DNA of 64,000 bases. Source: Caldicoprobacterales bacterium (GTDB taxonomy: Bacteria; Bacillota; Clostridia; Caldicoprobacterales; UBA3941). The DNA is taken from the NCBI GenBank assembly GCA_050949255.1, contig JBMNFJ010000016.1:642397-706396 (forward strand), written 5' to 3'. The notes below the pieces were generated by a model. That model was not told the origin of the DNA. It did no database searches and saw only the letters and a list, made by a program, of their open reading frames with translations. Positions 11,301 through 20,100 of the stretch are shown in pieces. Position numbers and translations under genes: made by a program. Each line of letters starts with the position of its first letter. Within the stretch, counting starts at the first letter, position 1.

Positions 11301-11943
11301 GGAGATACAAGAGATTAAACAGAGGATTAATCGACTTGGAGACGTCAATGTAAAAGCCATAGATGAGTATAAGCGAATAAAGGAACGTCATGACTTTCTA
11401 ACTGGTCAGATGGAGGATCTTATCGAAGCTAAGGATAATTTATTGGGTGTAATAAATGATATTACATCTACCATGAAGCGCAGGTTTGTTCAGGAACTTG
11501 ATATTATAAACAAGCATTTTAAAGATGTGTTTAGGCGCTTATTTGGTGGGGGTAAAGCAGGTTTGGTGTTGGAAGATCCAAACGATGTACTAACGTCCGG
11601 CATCGAAATAATTGCCCAACCACCGGGTAAGAAACTCCAAAACATCAATCTATTATCAGGTGGTGAAAAAGCATTGACGGCTATTGCAATTCTCTTTGCC
11701 ATATTAGAACATAAACCTGCACCTTTTTGTGTCCTTGATGAGATAGATGCAGCTTTGGATGAAAGCAATGTGGAAAACTTCGGAAGATTTCTCAAAGAGT
11801 TTTGCGATAAGACGCAATTTGTATTAATAACTCACAGAAAAGGTACCATGGAGAAAAGCGATGTCCTGTACGGGGTAGCTATGGAGGAAAAGGGAGTATC
11901 CAGAATGATTTCCGTTAAGCTGGAGGATGAGATTGCAAGCTAG
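8371..11943 (+). CDS. smc: Chromosome segregation protein SMC
   Basis: GPNGSGKSN Walker A, coiled coils, GRATF hinge, LSGGE and LDEID motifs. Confidence 0.98.
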   Translation: MLLKRLEMYGFKSFADRIQIEFDKGITAIVGPNGSGKSNVADAVRWVLGEQSAKSLRGSKMEDVIFSGTQERKPLGFAEVSLTLDNTQGTIPVEYTEVTITRRVFRSGESEYYINRSPCRLKDITELFMDTGVGKEGYSIIGQGRIDGILSSQPENRRQIFEEAAGIVKYKSRKQESERKLESVQENIIRINDILREISNQLGPLEDQSKAAREYLDLRDKLKYYELNRFIIEYDNYRERIDRIKNNVALLNQDITNHRLNIRNLEDKNSDLDNSITKLDEIIQNLSHERYKKSNEIERLKGKIDVIKERAIQLDREKSRLEKEIAAEEHSITEKQQVRVEILRELDDKKKGQDLILEKSAKLNAELEKIHKKLTLHHQEVQQSKDKVMEIWNALSETKNTITKYRTLKGNLEEQRLQTSIRLKELKENRTVLNQRLIENTYQFEDLMEAEKSKKHEKLVLEQKIESLGQELGKLDNKLQLQRQQLEGYKSKLKLLVDMVKTYDGFQKTIRNILVECKNNSILEKKVCGVVAELIDVPKQYEVAIETALGPSLQHIVTYNEQDAKYMIEFLRKRNWGRATFLPISSIKPRFLNDRELGVLSMNGCLGRGIDLVNFDPKYTDIFSNLLGRIIIAQNLDQAVAIAKKYSYSFRVVTLDGDIINTGGSMTGGSINRRNVGIIGRSREINDLKNQITHLVTDMKHGVTQREACLKEYNKLADALKIISKEIHELEIEKATSSESLEGAHNQIRQIDEEIQRVNIANRDITLEIERLQESIGEQENLIKELELRIDRAQASVLDTDSVIGDINRQKEQMDEELTKVRVEMTGLEHEIGYIEAKIVQLDDEIGFHKQSIREKSKAMEDISDTTIIYGREIDEYTDKIEKLSKEVEEAGRELSQRQADKVALTEEISAVEKRIKELTKTVDEIRERRHSMEVQLSRTEIELENIQNNIWQDYEISYANALRYRDSQLGLTRVKKEIQEIKQRINRLGDVNVKAIDEYKRIKERHDFLTGQMEDLIEAKDNLLGVINDITSTMKRRFVQELDIINKHFKDVFRRLFGGGKAGLVLEDPNDVLTSGIEIIAQPPGKKLQNINLLSGGEKALTAIAILFAILEHKPAPFCVLDEIDAALDESNVENFGRFLKEFCDKTQFVLITHRKGTMEKSDVLYGVAMEEKGVSRMISVKLEDEIAS

Positions 11944-11986
11944 GTTATATAAAAAGTTGAGAGAAGGAGGCAACAAAGAAAACGGA

Positions 11987-12913
11987 ATGGATAACAAAAG
12001 TGGTAGGAAAGCGGGTTTTTTTTCGAGATTAATAAAGGGACTGGATAAGGCGAGACAAGGATTTACCCAAAGGGTGGATGAGCTTATAAAGTATTACCGA
12101 GAAATAGATGACGACTTTTTCGATGAGCTGGAAGAGATCCTTATAACTGCAGACGTAGGTGTTAATACAACAATAGAGATTGTAGACGAACTGCGGGACC
12201 TGGTCAAAGAGAAAAAGGTTGGTGATGCCGAGAAGATAAGAAATTTATTGAAAGATAAAATAATATCCATCTTGGCTAACGAGGATGATTTCGAGGTAGA
12301 CTCTCCTGCAGTTTTTCTGATAGTGGGAGTTAACGGAGTCGGCAAAACCACCACTATAGGAAAGTTGTCTGCCCTTTACAAGGGACAGGGTAAGAGTATT
12401 CTGATGGCTGCAGGTGATACCTTTAGGGCTGCAGCAACTGATCAGCTACAGATTTGGGGGGATAGAGCCAAGGTACAAGTAGTGTCCCAGGAAGAAGGTA
12501 CTGATCCGGCTGCAGTGATATATGATGCGATTCAGGCGGCAAAATCAAGAAACATTGATATTCTGATATGTGATACAGCCGGTAGGCTCCATAGCAAAAA
12601 AAACCTTATGAACGAATTGGGCAAGATTAATCGCATAATAGACAGGGAACATCCGACTGCACAAAAAGAAGTACTTCTAGTATTAGATGCTACCACAGGT
12701 CAAAATGCTATAACACAAGCTAAACTCTTCCAAGAGACTGTAGGAGTTACGGGTATTATACTAACAAAACTGGATGGCACTGCTAAAGGCGGTATTATCG
12801 TGGCGATTAAATCCGAATTGGATGTGCCAATTAGGTTTATAGGAGTAGGAGAACAGATAGATGATCTCCAACCCTTCAATCCTCAGGACTTTGTTGATGC
12901 ATTATTCGAATAA
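11987..12913 (+). CDS. ftsY: SRP receptor FtsY (start uncertain)
   Basis: GVNGVGKTT, DTFRAAA, DTAGR, TKLDGTAKGG. Confidence 0.96.
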   Translation: MDNKSGRKAGFFSRLIKGLDKARQGFTQRVDELIKYYREIDDDFFDELEEILITADVGVNTTIEIVDELRDLVKEKKVGDAEKIRNLLKDKIISILANEDDFEVDSPAVFLIVGVNGVGKTTTIGKLSALYKGQGKSILMAAGDTFRAAATDQLQIWGDRAKVQVVSQEEGTDPAAVIYDAIQAAKSRNIDILICDTAGRLHSKKNLMNELGKINRIIDREHPTAQKEVLLVLDATTGQNAITQAKLFQETVGVTGIILTKLDGTAKGGIIVAIKSELDVPIRFIGVGEQIDDLQPFNPQDFVDALFE

Positions 12914-12959
12914 TACCTGATTCTGAATAAAAATAATTAGTTATGGATATAGATTCTTG

Positions 12960-12988
12960 TTGACAGACAAGACATTATATACTATAAT
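12960..12988 (+). promoter_or_regulatory. SigmaA promoter for ylxM-ffh
   Basis: Perfect TTGACA-N17-TATAAT. Confidence 0.85.
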
Positions 12989-13045
12989 CATTGCCTGTAA
13001 AGGAATACTACTTTACAAATCCGATTCCCTTATTAGGAGTGTGGG

Positions 13046-13417
13046 ATGGAAAAGTTTACCCATATAGGAATGTTATTTGAGATATACGGCGGGTTACTAA
13101 CCGATAGACAAAGGGATGTAATGGATCTATATTACAATTATGATCTTTCTTTGGCCGAAATAGCTGAACAATTCGGCATTAGTCGGCAGGGAGTACATGA
13201 TCTTATAAAAAGATCGGAGCTGGTCCTATCAAATGCGGAAGATTGTATCGGTTATTTAAAGTTTAGGAACAGAATCTTCGACGATATACGTGATATCGAG
13301 GAAGATATAAATTGGTTGCTCACCCAGTTGGGTGATGGCTTAAACAAAGGGTCTGATGAACTAAAGCGAAAACTGACTCTTATAAGGGATAAGGTTATGA
13401 GAATAGGTGACCTGTGA
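13046..13417 (+). CDS. ylxM: YlxM family (UPF0122) protein
   Basis: YGGLLT.RQ...DLSLAEIA...SRQGVHD, directly upstream of ffh. Confidence 0.93.
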   Translation: MEKFTHIGMLFEIYGGLLTDRQRDVMDLYYNYDLSLAEIAEQFGISRQGVHDLIKRSELVLSNAEDCIGYLKFRNRIFDDIRDIEEDINWLLTQLGDGLNKGSDELKRKLTLIRDKVMRIGDL

Positions 13418-13462
13418 TAATTTGTTTAAATAGTGACAGCCGTAATCTAAGGAGGTTAAGGT

Positions 13463-14794
13463 ATGGCATTTGAGGGACTGTCGAGTAAGTTACAGTCAAC
13501 GTTTAAAAAATTGACGGGGAAGGGCAAACTGTCTGAAAAAGATGTAAAAGATGCCATGCGGGAAGTGAGGCTTGCCCTGCTAGAAGCCGACGTAAACTTC
13601 AAAGTAGTAAGGGATTTGGTAAAAAAGATTGGGGATCGGGCTGTAGGACAAGAGATAATGAAAAGCCTAACCCCGGGACAGCAGGTTATAAAGATTGTCA
13701 ATGAGGAATTGACGGAACTAATGGGGGGGGCCTACAGTAGGATAGCAACAGCTGATAAGCCACCCACAATAGTTATGATGGTGGGTCTGCAAGGAGCAGG
13801 TAAAACTACAACTGCGGGCAAGTTAGGCGGCTACTTTAAAAAAGAAGGTAAGAATCCCCTTCTGGTAGCATGCGACATATATCGTCCCGCTGCTATAAAG
13901 CAATTACAAGTGGTAGGAGACCAACTATCAATTCCGGTATTTGATATGGGTAAGAATGATCCTGTTCGTATTGCAACTGAAGCCCTCAGCCATGCAAGAG
14001 AAGAAGGTTATGACATAGTTATTATAGATACGGCGGGAAGGCTTCATATAAATGAGGAATTGATGAATGAGCTAACGAACATTAAGGAAGCTGTTAAACC
14101 TCATGAGATTTTGCTGGTGGTTGATGCAATGACAGGTCAGGATGCAGTCAACGTAGCAGAAAGTTTCAACGAGAGGTTGGGGATAGACGGAGTGGTTCTA
14201 ACCAAGCTGGATGGGGATACCAGGGGAGGGGCTGCCCTTTCGGTTAAGGCTGTAACCGGTAAACCTATTAAGTTTGCCGGCATGGGTGAGAAATTGACCG
14301 ATTTGGAATTGTTCCACCCCGACAGAATGGCTTCCAGAATTCTGGGCATGGGCGATGTTCTAAGCCTAATCGAAAAAGCGCAAGCAAACATTGACGCCGA
14401 GAAAGCTTTAGAGCTCGAAAGAAAGCTTCGAACCCAGCAGTTTACCTTTGATGATTTCTTAGAACAGCTTCAGCAGCTAAAAAATATGGGTCCGCTGAAC
14501 GATTTAATAGGCATGATTCCAGGAATGAACCCCGGCAGGCTAGGTGGCCTTGACTTGGACGACAAACAGCTTGTAAGGACAGAGGCTATTATCCAGTCTA
14601 TGACCAAGGAGGAAAGGTTTAATCCAAGCATCATTAACGCTAGTAGAAGAAAAAGAATAGCAAGGGGTAGCGGAACCAATATACAGGATGTAAATAGATT
14701 ATTAAAATCCTTTACTGAATTTCGCAAGATGATGAAGAAGATGTCAGGGATGGAAAAATCCCTAAAAAGGGGTAAGTTCAAGTTCCCGTTCTAA
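13463..14794 (+). CDS. ffh: Signal recognition particle protein
   Basis: GLQGAGKTT, DTAGR, RILGMGD, M domain. Confidence 0.98.
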   Translation: MAFEGLSSKLQSTFKKLTGKGKLSEKDVKDAMREVRLALLEADVNFKVVRDLVKKIGDRAVGQEIMKSLTPGQQVIKIVNEELTELMGGAYSRIATADKPPTIVMMVGLQGAGKTTTAGKLGGYFKKEGKNPLLVACDIYRPAAIKQLQVVGDQLSIPVFDMGKNDPVRIATEALSHAREEGYDIVIIDTAGRLHINEELMNELTNIKEAVKPHEILLVVDAMTGQDAVNVAESFNERLGIDGVVLTKLDGDTRGGAALSVKAVTGKPIKFAGMGEKLTDLELFHPDRMASRILGMGDVLSLIEKAQANIDAEKALELERKLRTQQFTFDDFLEQLQQLKNMGPLNDLIGMIPGMNPGRLGGLDLDDKQLVRTEAIIQSMTKEERFNPSIINASRRKRIARGSGTNIQDVNRLLKSFTEFRKMMKKMSGMEKSLKRGKFKFPF

Positions 14795-14998
14795 GTTTTA
14801 ATCGGAATTATCCTCTGATTTTCGGAGATATGGGTTTATATCCATAAATTCTGTGGAATAAGGGAAATTATCCTTTTGATGAAGTATTCTGAACACTGGG
14901 ACTTATTGATTACGGTTACCTGTCGTACTGCTTTGTCAAAAGGTTAATATAATGATTATATTTATATAATCGCATCTTTATAGGAAAGAGGTGAAACA

Positions 14999-15247
14999 AT
15001 GGCAGTAAAGATAAGACTTAAAAGGATTGGTGCAAAAAAGGCGCCTTACTACAGGGTTGTAGTTGCAGATTCCAGATCACCGCGTGACGGTCGTTTTATT
15101 GAGGAGATTGGTTATTATCAGCCACTGGCCAACCCTTCAGTAGTTAAGATAGATGCTGAAAAGGCAAAGAAATGGCTTCAAAATGGAGCTCAACCTACAG
15201 ATACTGTACGGGCGCTATTAAAGAAGAATGGTATAATTGAAGCCTAA
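14999..15247 (+). CDS. rpsP: 30S ribosomal protein S16
   Basis: MAVKIRLKR...DSRSPRDGR. Confidence 0.98.
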   Translation: MAVKIRLKRIGAKKAPYYRVVVADSRSPRDGRFIEEIGYYQPLANPSVVKIDAEKAKKWLQNGAQPTDTVRALLKKNGIIEA

Positions 15248-15307
15248 AGTTTGAATAGTTGTTTTAGGGCATTAACAAAGCAAAATAAGCATACGGGGGT
15301 ATTGTAG

Positions 15308-15535
15308 ATGGGAGAATTAGTTAAATTTATTGCCAAGTCCCTAGTAGACAATCCGGATCAAGTAGATGTCAGGGAAGTCGAGGGGGAACAGACAGTTATC
15401 ATAGAGCTAAGGGTAGCCCCCGACGACATGGGCAAGGTAATTGGCAAACAGGGGCGGATAGCAAAAGCTATACGTACAGTGGTAAAGGCCGCGGCGACTA
15501 AAGAAAAGAAGAGAGTTGTTGTGGAAATTATTTAA
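15308..15535 (+). CDS. khpA: KH-domain RNA-binding protein KhpA/YlqC
   Basis: [11 protein letters not shown]; located between rpsP and rimM. Confidence 0.95.
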   Translation: MGELVKFIAKSLVDNPDQVDVREVEGEQTVIIELRVAPDDMGKVIGKQGRIAKAIRTVVKAAATKEKKRVVVEII

Positions 15536-15537
15536 GC

Positions 15538-16077
15538 ATGGGAAGTATGAAAAAATTGCAAGACTATCTTACCGTTGGATATGTTTTAAGACCTAGAGGG
15601 GTCAAGGGAGAAGTCAAAGTTGAACCCCTAACGGATAGTATAGAACAGTTTAATGAATGGGATGTACTATACATTAAAGATGGGGATCAGTATTATCCTT
15701 TGAAGATTATAACCAAAAGATATATCAGAAACAGTGTGTATATAAGTTTTGAAGGCTATAACAATATGAATATGGCAGAAAAACTTAGAGGACAATACCT
15801 ATGGATACCTAGAGATCAGATAGGAGACCTGCCTGAGGACACATTTTTTATTGCAGACATCCTTGGATGTGAGGTAAGGACCCAGGAAGGTGTAACATTA
15901 GGCAAGGTAGAAAGGGTTATACACACAGGCAGCAATGATGTCTATTTGGTCAAAGGTTCAACGGGGGAGGTTTTAATACCCGGGCTTAAAAAAGTAATTT
16001 TGGATATTGACATTATTGAAAAAGAGATAATTGTAGCAGCACAGGAATTGGAGGGGTTATTACCTGATGAGGATTGA
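15538..16077 (+). CDS. rimM: Ribosome maturation factor RimM
   Basis: GVKGEVKV, TGSNDVY; synteny. Confidence 0.95.
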   Translation: MGSMKKLQDYLTVGYVLRPRGVKGEVKVEPLTDSIEQFNEWDVLYIKDGDQYYPLKIITKRYIRNSVYISFEGYNNMNMAEKLRGQYLWIPRDQIGDLPEDTFFIADILGCEVRTQEGVTLGKVERVIHTGSNDVYLVKGSTGEVLIPGLKKVILDIDIIEKEIIVAAQELEGLLPDED

Positions 16078-16801
16078 TATCCTTACCCTGTTCCCAGAAA
16101 TGTTTGAGCCTATACTTGGTACCAGCATTTTGGGGAGAGCAAGGGAAAAAGGGATACTAACCATAAACCCTATAAATATAAGGGAGTTTGCTAAGAATAA
16201 ACATAGGCAGACGGATGATTATCCCTATGGTGGAGGCCCCGGAATGGTTATGTCTCCGCAGCCCCTTTTTGATGCATTCTACCATGTTTTAGACGGTTCC
16301 CCGGACGCTAAGGTGATCTATTTTACTCCTCAAGGAAAAACCCTGAACCAGGAAATGGCTAAAGAATATGCTAGACAATCACATTTAGTGTTACTTTGTG
16401 GCCATTACGAAGGGGTTGATCAAAGGGTCATAGACAGATTTGTAGATGAGGAGATATCAATAGGGGATTATGTCCTTACGGGCGGAGAATTACCTTCAAT
16501 GGTATTTATCGATTGCGTAAGCCGGCTAATCCCTGGAGTGTTGGGTAGTGATCTTTCAGCTCAGGACGAGTCTTTTAGTAATGGGCTGTTGGAATATCCC
16601 CATTATACCCGCCCACAGACCTATGAGGGAATGAGTGTTCCTGAGGTACTCCTATCGGGGCATCACGAAAAAATAGACAGGTGGAGAAAGAAAGAAAGTC
16701 TTCGAAACACTCTAATCAAGCGACCGGACCTATTAGAGGGTGCAGACTTGACATTGGAGGATATTAGGACAATTGAGAGGTTAAAGGGCGGCAGGGAATG
16801 A
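16067..16801 (+). CDS. trmD: tRNA (guanine37-N1)-methyltransferase
   Basis: DDYPYGGGPGM, CGHYEG, IGDYVLTGGE. Confidence 0.98.
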   Translation: MRIDILTLFPEMFEPILGTSILGRAREKGILTINPINIREFAKNKHRQTDDYPYGGGPGMVMSPQPLFDAFYHVLDGSPDAKVIYFTPQGKTLNQEMAKEYARQSHLVLLCGHYEGVDQRVIDRFVDEEISIGDYVLTGGELPSMVFIDCVSRLIPGVLGSDLSAQDESFSNGLLEYPHYTRPQTYEGMSVPEVLLSGHHEKIDRWRKKESLRNTLIKRPDLLEGADLTLEDIRTIERLKGGRE

Positions 16802-16816
16802 CGAACCAATTATTTA

Positions 16817-16845
16817 TTGCCATGAAAATGCTGGTATGCTATAAT
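16817..16845 (+). promoter_or_regulatory. SigmaA promoter for rplS
   Basis: TTGCCA-N17-TATAAT with extended TG. Confidence 0.75.
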
Positions 16846-16858
16846 TGTTTTTATGATT

Positions 16859-16900
16859 ACGGACGTTCCGCATAATGCGGTTAGTAAGGAACGTTTTCCA
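16859..16900 (+). ncRNA. L19 leader-type cis-regulatory RNA
   Basis: ACGTTCC...GGAACGT stem with the GTTCCGC motif between promoter and rplS SD, matching my recollection of the Firmicute L19 leader. Confidence 0.7.
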
Positions 16901-16921
16901 TGGAAGGAGGTAGCTGTAGAT

Positions 16922-17266
16922 ATGGAAATAATTAGAACTATCGAAAAAGAGCAGATGAAAAAGGATATCCCCAAGTTCAATGTAGGAGATACCGTTAGAG
17001 TTTATGTTAAGGTTGTTGAAGGAACAAGGGAAAGATTGCAAGCCTTTGAAGGCATAGTAATACAAAAGAGGCATGGCGGCCTACGTGAAACATTTACCGT
17101 ACGGAGATTGTCTTACGGTATAGGCGTTGAAAGGGTTTTCCCAGTGCATTCTCCCAAGATTGATCGTATTGAAGTGATTCGAAGAGGTAAGGTTCGTAGA
17201 GCAAAGCTGTATTATCTAAGGGATAGAGTAGGGAGAGCTGCAAGGGTTAAAGAAAGGAATCTGTGA
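16922..17266 (+). CDS. rplS: 50S ribosomal protein L19
   Basis: GDTVRV...RLQAFEG...GVERVF...[10 protein letters not shown]; start ATG 16922 after AAGGAGG. Confidence 0.98.
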   Translation: MEIIRTIEKEQMKKDIPKFNVGDTVRVYVKVVEGTRERLQAFEGIVIQKRHGGLRETFTVRRLSYGIGVERVFPVHSPKIDRIEVIRRGKVRRAKLYYLRDRVGRAARVKERNL

Positions 17267-17268
17267 GA

Positions 17269-17297
17269 ATGTGGGACTGGGAGCAGTCCCATATTTT
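17269..17297 (+). terminator. Terminator after rplS
   Basis: TGGGACTG-N4-CAGTCCCA followed by TATTTT. Confidence 0.75.
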
Positions 17298-17331
17298 ATA
17301 ATGGCCTTATTTGATTGGGAGATGGCTGCAT

Positions 17332-17847
17332 ATGAAAGATGTTAAGAACGATATAAAAGAATGGATTCAGGCTATATTAATCGCGATCGTTGTATCAGTG
17401 GTAATTCGTTTATTTTTATTTGAGACCACCCTGGTGTACGGTCAATCTATGGAGTCTACTTTGAGAGACAGGGATAGAGTGATAATCAACAAGCTAGTAT
17501 ACCACCTATACACGCCATCCAGAGGAGATATTGTTGTGTTTAAAAACCCGACCAATAACAAAGAAAACTATGTTAAGAGGGTTATCGGCGTTGCAGGTGA
17601 TACTATTGAGATAGCAGATCATAAGGTATACATAAACGGTCAGCTATTGAATGAACCATATTTAGATGAGGAAACAGAAAGTGATTTTCCCAAATTGGTA
17701 GTCCCCGAAGATACAATTTTTGTAATGGGGGATAATCGCAATCATAGTCAAGACAGTAGATATATAGGGCCAATCCCAGTTGAAAATATCATTGGAAAGG
17801 CTCAGTTAAGAATCTGGCCCATATCGGATTTTACTTTTTTTAGATGA
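17332..17847 (+). CDS. lepB: Signal peptidase I
   Basis: N-terminal TM, GQSMESTL, YVKRVIG, GDNRNHSQDSR. Confidence 0.95.
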   Translation: MKDVKNDIKEWIQAILIAIVVSVVIRLFLFETTLVYGQSMESTLRDRDRVIINKLVYHLYTPSRGDIVVFKNPTNNKENYVKRVIGVAGDTIEIADHKVYINGQLLNEPYLDEETESDFPKLVVPEDTIFVMGDNRNHSQDSRYIGPIPVENIIGKAQLRIWPISDFTFFR

Positions 17848-17865
17848 GAGAAAGGAGTCAATTAC

Positions 17866-18717
17866 TTGAATGTTAACTGGTATCCAGGACATATGGCCAA
17901 AGCCAAGAGGCTGATATCCGAGGATTTAAGGTTAATAGATATAGTATTGGAAATAAGGGATGCGCGCATACCCATAAGCAGCGCCAATCCTGATTTTGAT
18001 GAGCTTTTTGTTAACAAGTCCAGAATAATTTTTCTGAATAAAAGTGATTTGGCCAACCCATCCCATACAGAGGACTGGATCAATTGGTTTAGTAAGAGAG
18101 GGATAAAAGCTGTGCCGGTCAACTCCTTGGACCCGAAAGCCATCGGTAGGGCAAGGAATATTATTATAGGCATGGCTGAGACATTTCATAAGAGAATATT
18201 GAAGAAAAGGGGTATGAAAAAGACCATCAGGGGTATGGTGGTTGGAATACCCAATGTAGGTAAATCGGCCTTCATAAATGGCATAGCCGGTGGCAAAAAA
18301 GCAAAGACCGGGAATAAACCCGGGGTCACTAGAGTTAAACAATGGATTAGAATAAACCCATATCTTGAATTATTGGATACTCCAGGCCTATTATGGCCCA
18401 GACTGGATCAAAAGGTTACAGCCTTAAATTTGGCTTACACCCGTACAATCAAGGAAGAAATTCTGGATATTCAGGAAATTGCCTTTAATTTTCTAGAGAT
18501 AGCCAAAGTGAGATTCCCTGATGAGTTGGTGTCCAGATATGGCGATTTGGACATGAGCTTAAAGGGGCATGAGATATTGGAAGAGATATGTATAAAAAAA
18601 GCTTGGGTTCAAGCTGGTGGGATAGCGGATCATAGTAGGGGAGCGAGCCATGTGCTGGATGACTTTCAGCAGGGGCGGTTGGGTAGGATCACCCTGGAAA
18701 TACCTCCCGAGATATAA
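17866..18717 (+). CDS. rbgA: Ribosome biogenesis GTPase RbgA/YlqF
   Basis: WYPGHM, DARIP, GIPNVGKS, DTPG. Confidence 0.97.
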   Translation: MNVNWYPGHMAKAKRLISEDLRLIDIVLEIRDARIPISSANPDFDELFVNKSRIIFLNKSDLANPSHTEDWINWFSKRGIKAVPVNSLDPKAIGRARNIIIGMAETFHKRILKKRGMKKTIRGMVVGIPNVGKSAFINGIAGGKKAKTGNKPGVTRVKQWIRINPYLELLDTPGLLWPRLDQKVTALNLAYTRTIKEEILDIQEIAFNFLEIAKVRFPDELVSRYGDLDMSLKGHEILEEICIKKAWVQAGGIADHSRGASHVLDDFQQGRLGRITLEIPPEI

Positions 18718-18729
18718 GGTTGGGATGGA

Positions 18730-19512
18730 ATGTTTGATTTAGATATTAAAAGGTTGAGTATTCATGAAATCAAGGAACTGGTCCAATTTAGTACCCTTGA
18801 AGACTTAAGGGTTTTGTTAGAGTTAATAAAACTAGATGATAGGAAGGGCGTTAGGACATTACAGCGTGTGATTCTTAAAAGGTTTGAGGATGAAGAAGCC
18901 AGGCTCAAGAGAAGGAAAGTTTTATTGGAAGAAGAACGTAAGCTGTGGGCTATGGGATATGAATTTGTTGGAGGCCTTGATGAGGCTGGAAGGGGTCCCC
19001 TGGCTGGTCCTGTAGTAGCCGCATGTGTAGTTTTTGAACCTTATACATATATAGATGGTGTTAATGATTCTAAAAGGCTTACCCCGGCCAAAAGAGAAGA
19101 ATATTTTGAGTTGATTATGAAAAAGGCGAAAACAGTAGGTATAGGCCGTGTTGACCCGGTGGAAATCGACAGGATCAATATTTTAGAGGCCACCCGTACC
19201 GCTATGGAGCATGCTGTGTCCCAATGTTATCCCGATATTGATTTTTTATTGGTAGATGCTATGGATGGCAACTTTTCCGTCCCTTATATCCCACTTATAA
19301 AAGGAGATAGTCGCTCCCATTCTATAGCGGCTGCTTCAATTGTTGCCAAGGTAATCAGAGATAGGGAAATGGACGAATGGCATAAGAAATATCCTCAGTA
19401 TGGCTTTAATAAGCATAAGGGGTATGGGACCGGTAGCCACATAGATGTTATAAGGCAGATCGGGCCATGTCCTATTCATAGGCGTACCTTTATTCATAAG
19501 TTAATAGACTAA
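18730..19512 (+). CDS. rnhB: Ribonuclease HII
   Basis: GLDEAGRGPLAGPV, DSK, KGYGT. Confidence 0.97.
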   Translation: MFDLDIKRLSIHEIKELVQFSTLEDLRVLLELIKLDDRKGVRTLQRVILKRFEDEEARLKRRKVLLEEERKLWAMGYEFVGGLDEAGRGPLAGPVVAACVVFEPYTYIDGVNDSKRLTPAKREEYFELIMKKAKTVGIGRVDPVEIDRINILEATRTAMEHAVSQCYPDIDFLLVDAMDGNFSVPYIPLIKGDSRSHSIAAASIVAKVIRDREMDEWHKKYPQYGFNKHKGYGTGSHIDVIRQIGPCPIHRRTFIHKLID

Positions 19513-19671
19513 TCCTAACTAAATACTTGTCAGTAAAGATTGGGTTATTAGTTAACTGCATGAGACCTCCTGATGTCAGAAGGACTAATACAGTATCTGC
19601 GACTATTGATGCTATGCAGTAAGGATGTAGCATCAATAATAGATCTTACGAACAAGATATGGAGATAAAAA

Positions 19672-20052
19672 ATGAAACATATTGAACTGGGAAGATGGGG
19701 AGAAAAGCAGGCTAGGGACTATTTAGAGGGCCAAGGGTTTGTTATGCGGGAAAACAATTATCGCTGTAAATTAGGAGAGATTGATCTAATCGCCTTGGAT
19801 GAGGGATGTCTGGTATTTATTGAAGTAAAGACAAGAACCTCTGCAGCATATGGATTTCCGATAGAAGCCATTGGCAGGAGAAAACAAGAAAAATATATAA
19901 AGATGGCCTCAATCTATATCAAGGAGAAGGGTTTATATGAGGTCCCTTTCCGTTTTGACGTAGTGGAGGTTATGCCCGGAAGGTCTGGGCAGCCAATAAT
20001 TAATCATATCCCTAATGCATTCCAATCTATCGGAGGCAGGTATTATTTATAG
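19672..20052 (+). CDS. YraN family (UPF0102) nuclease-like protein
   Basis: GEIDLI...FIEVKTR...RFDVV. Confidence 0.93.
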   Translation: MKHIELGRWGEKQARDYLEGQGFVMRENNYRCKLGEIDLIALDEGCLVFIEVKTRTSAAYGFPIEAIGRRKQEKYIKMASIYIKEKGLYEVPFRFDVVEVMPGRSGQPIINHIPNAFQSIGGRYYL

Positions 20053-20100
20053 AACAGGTCGGCCAGATACCAATGCTTAGTTAATTTTAGGGGGATGAAT

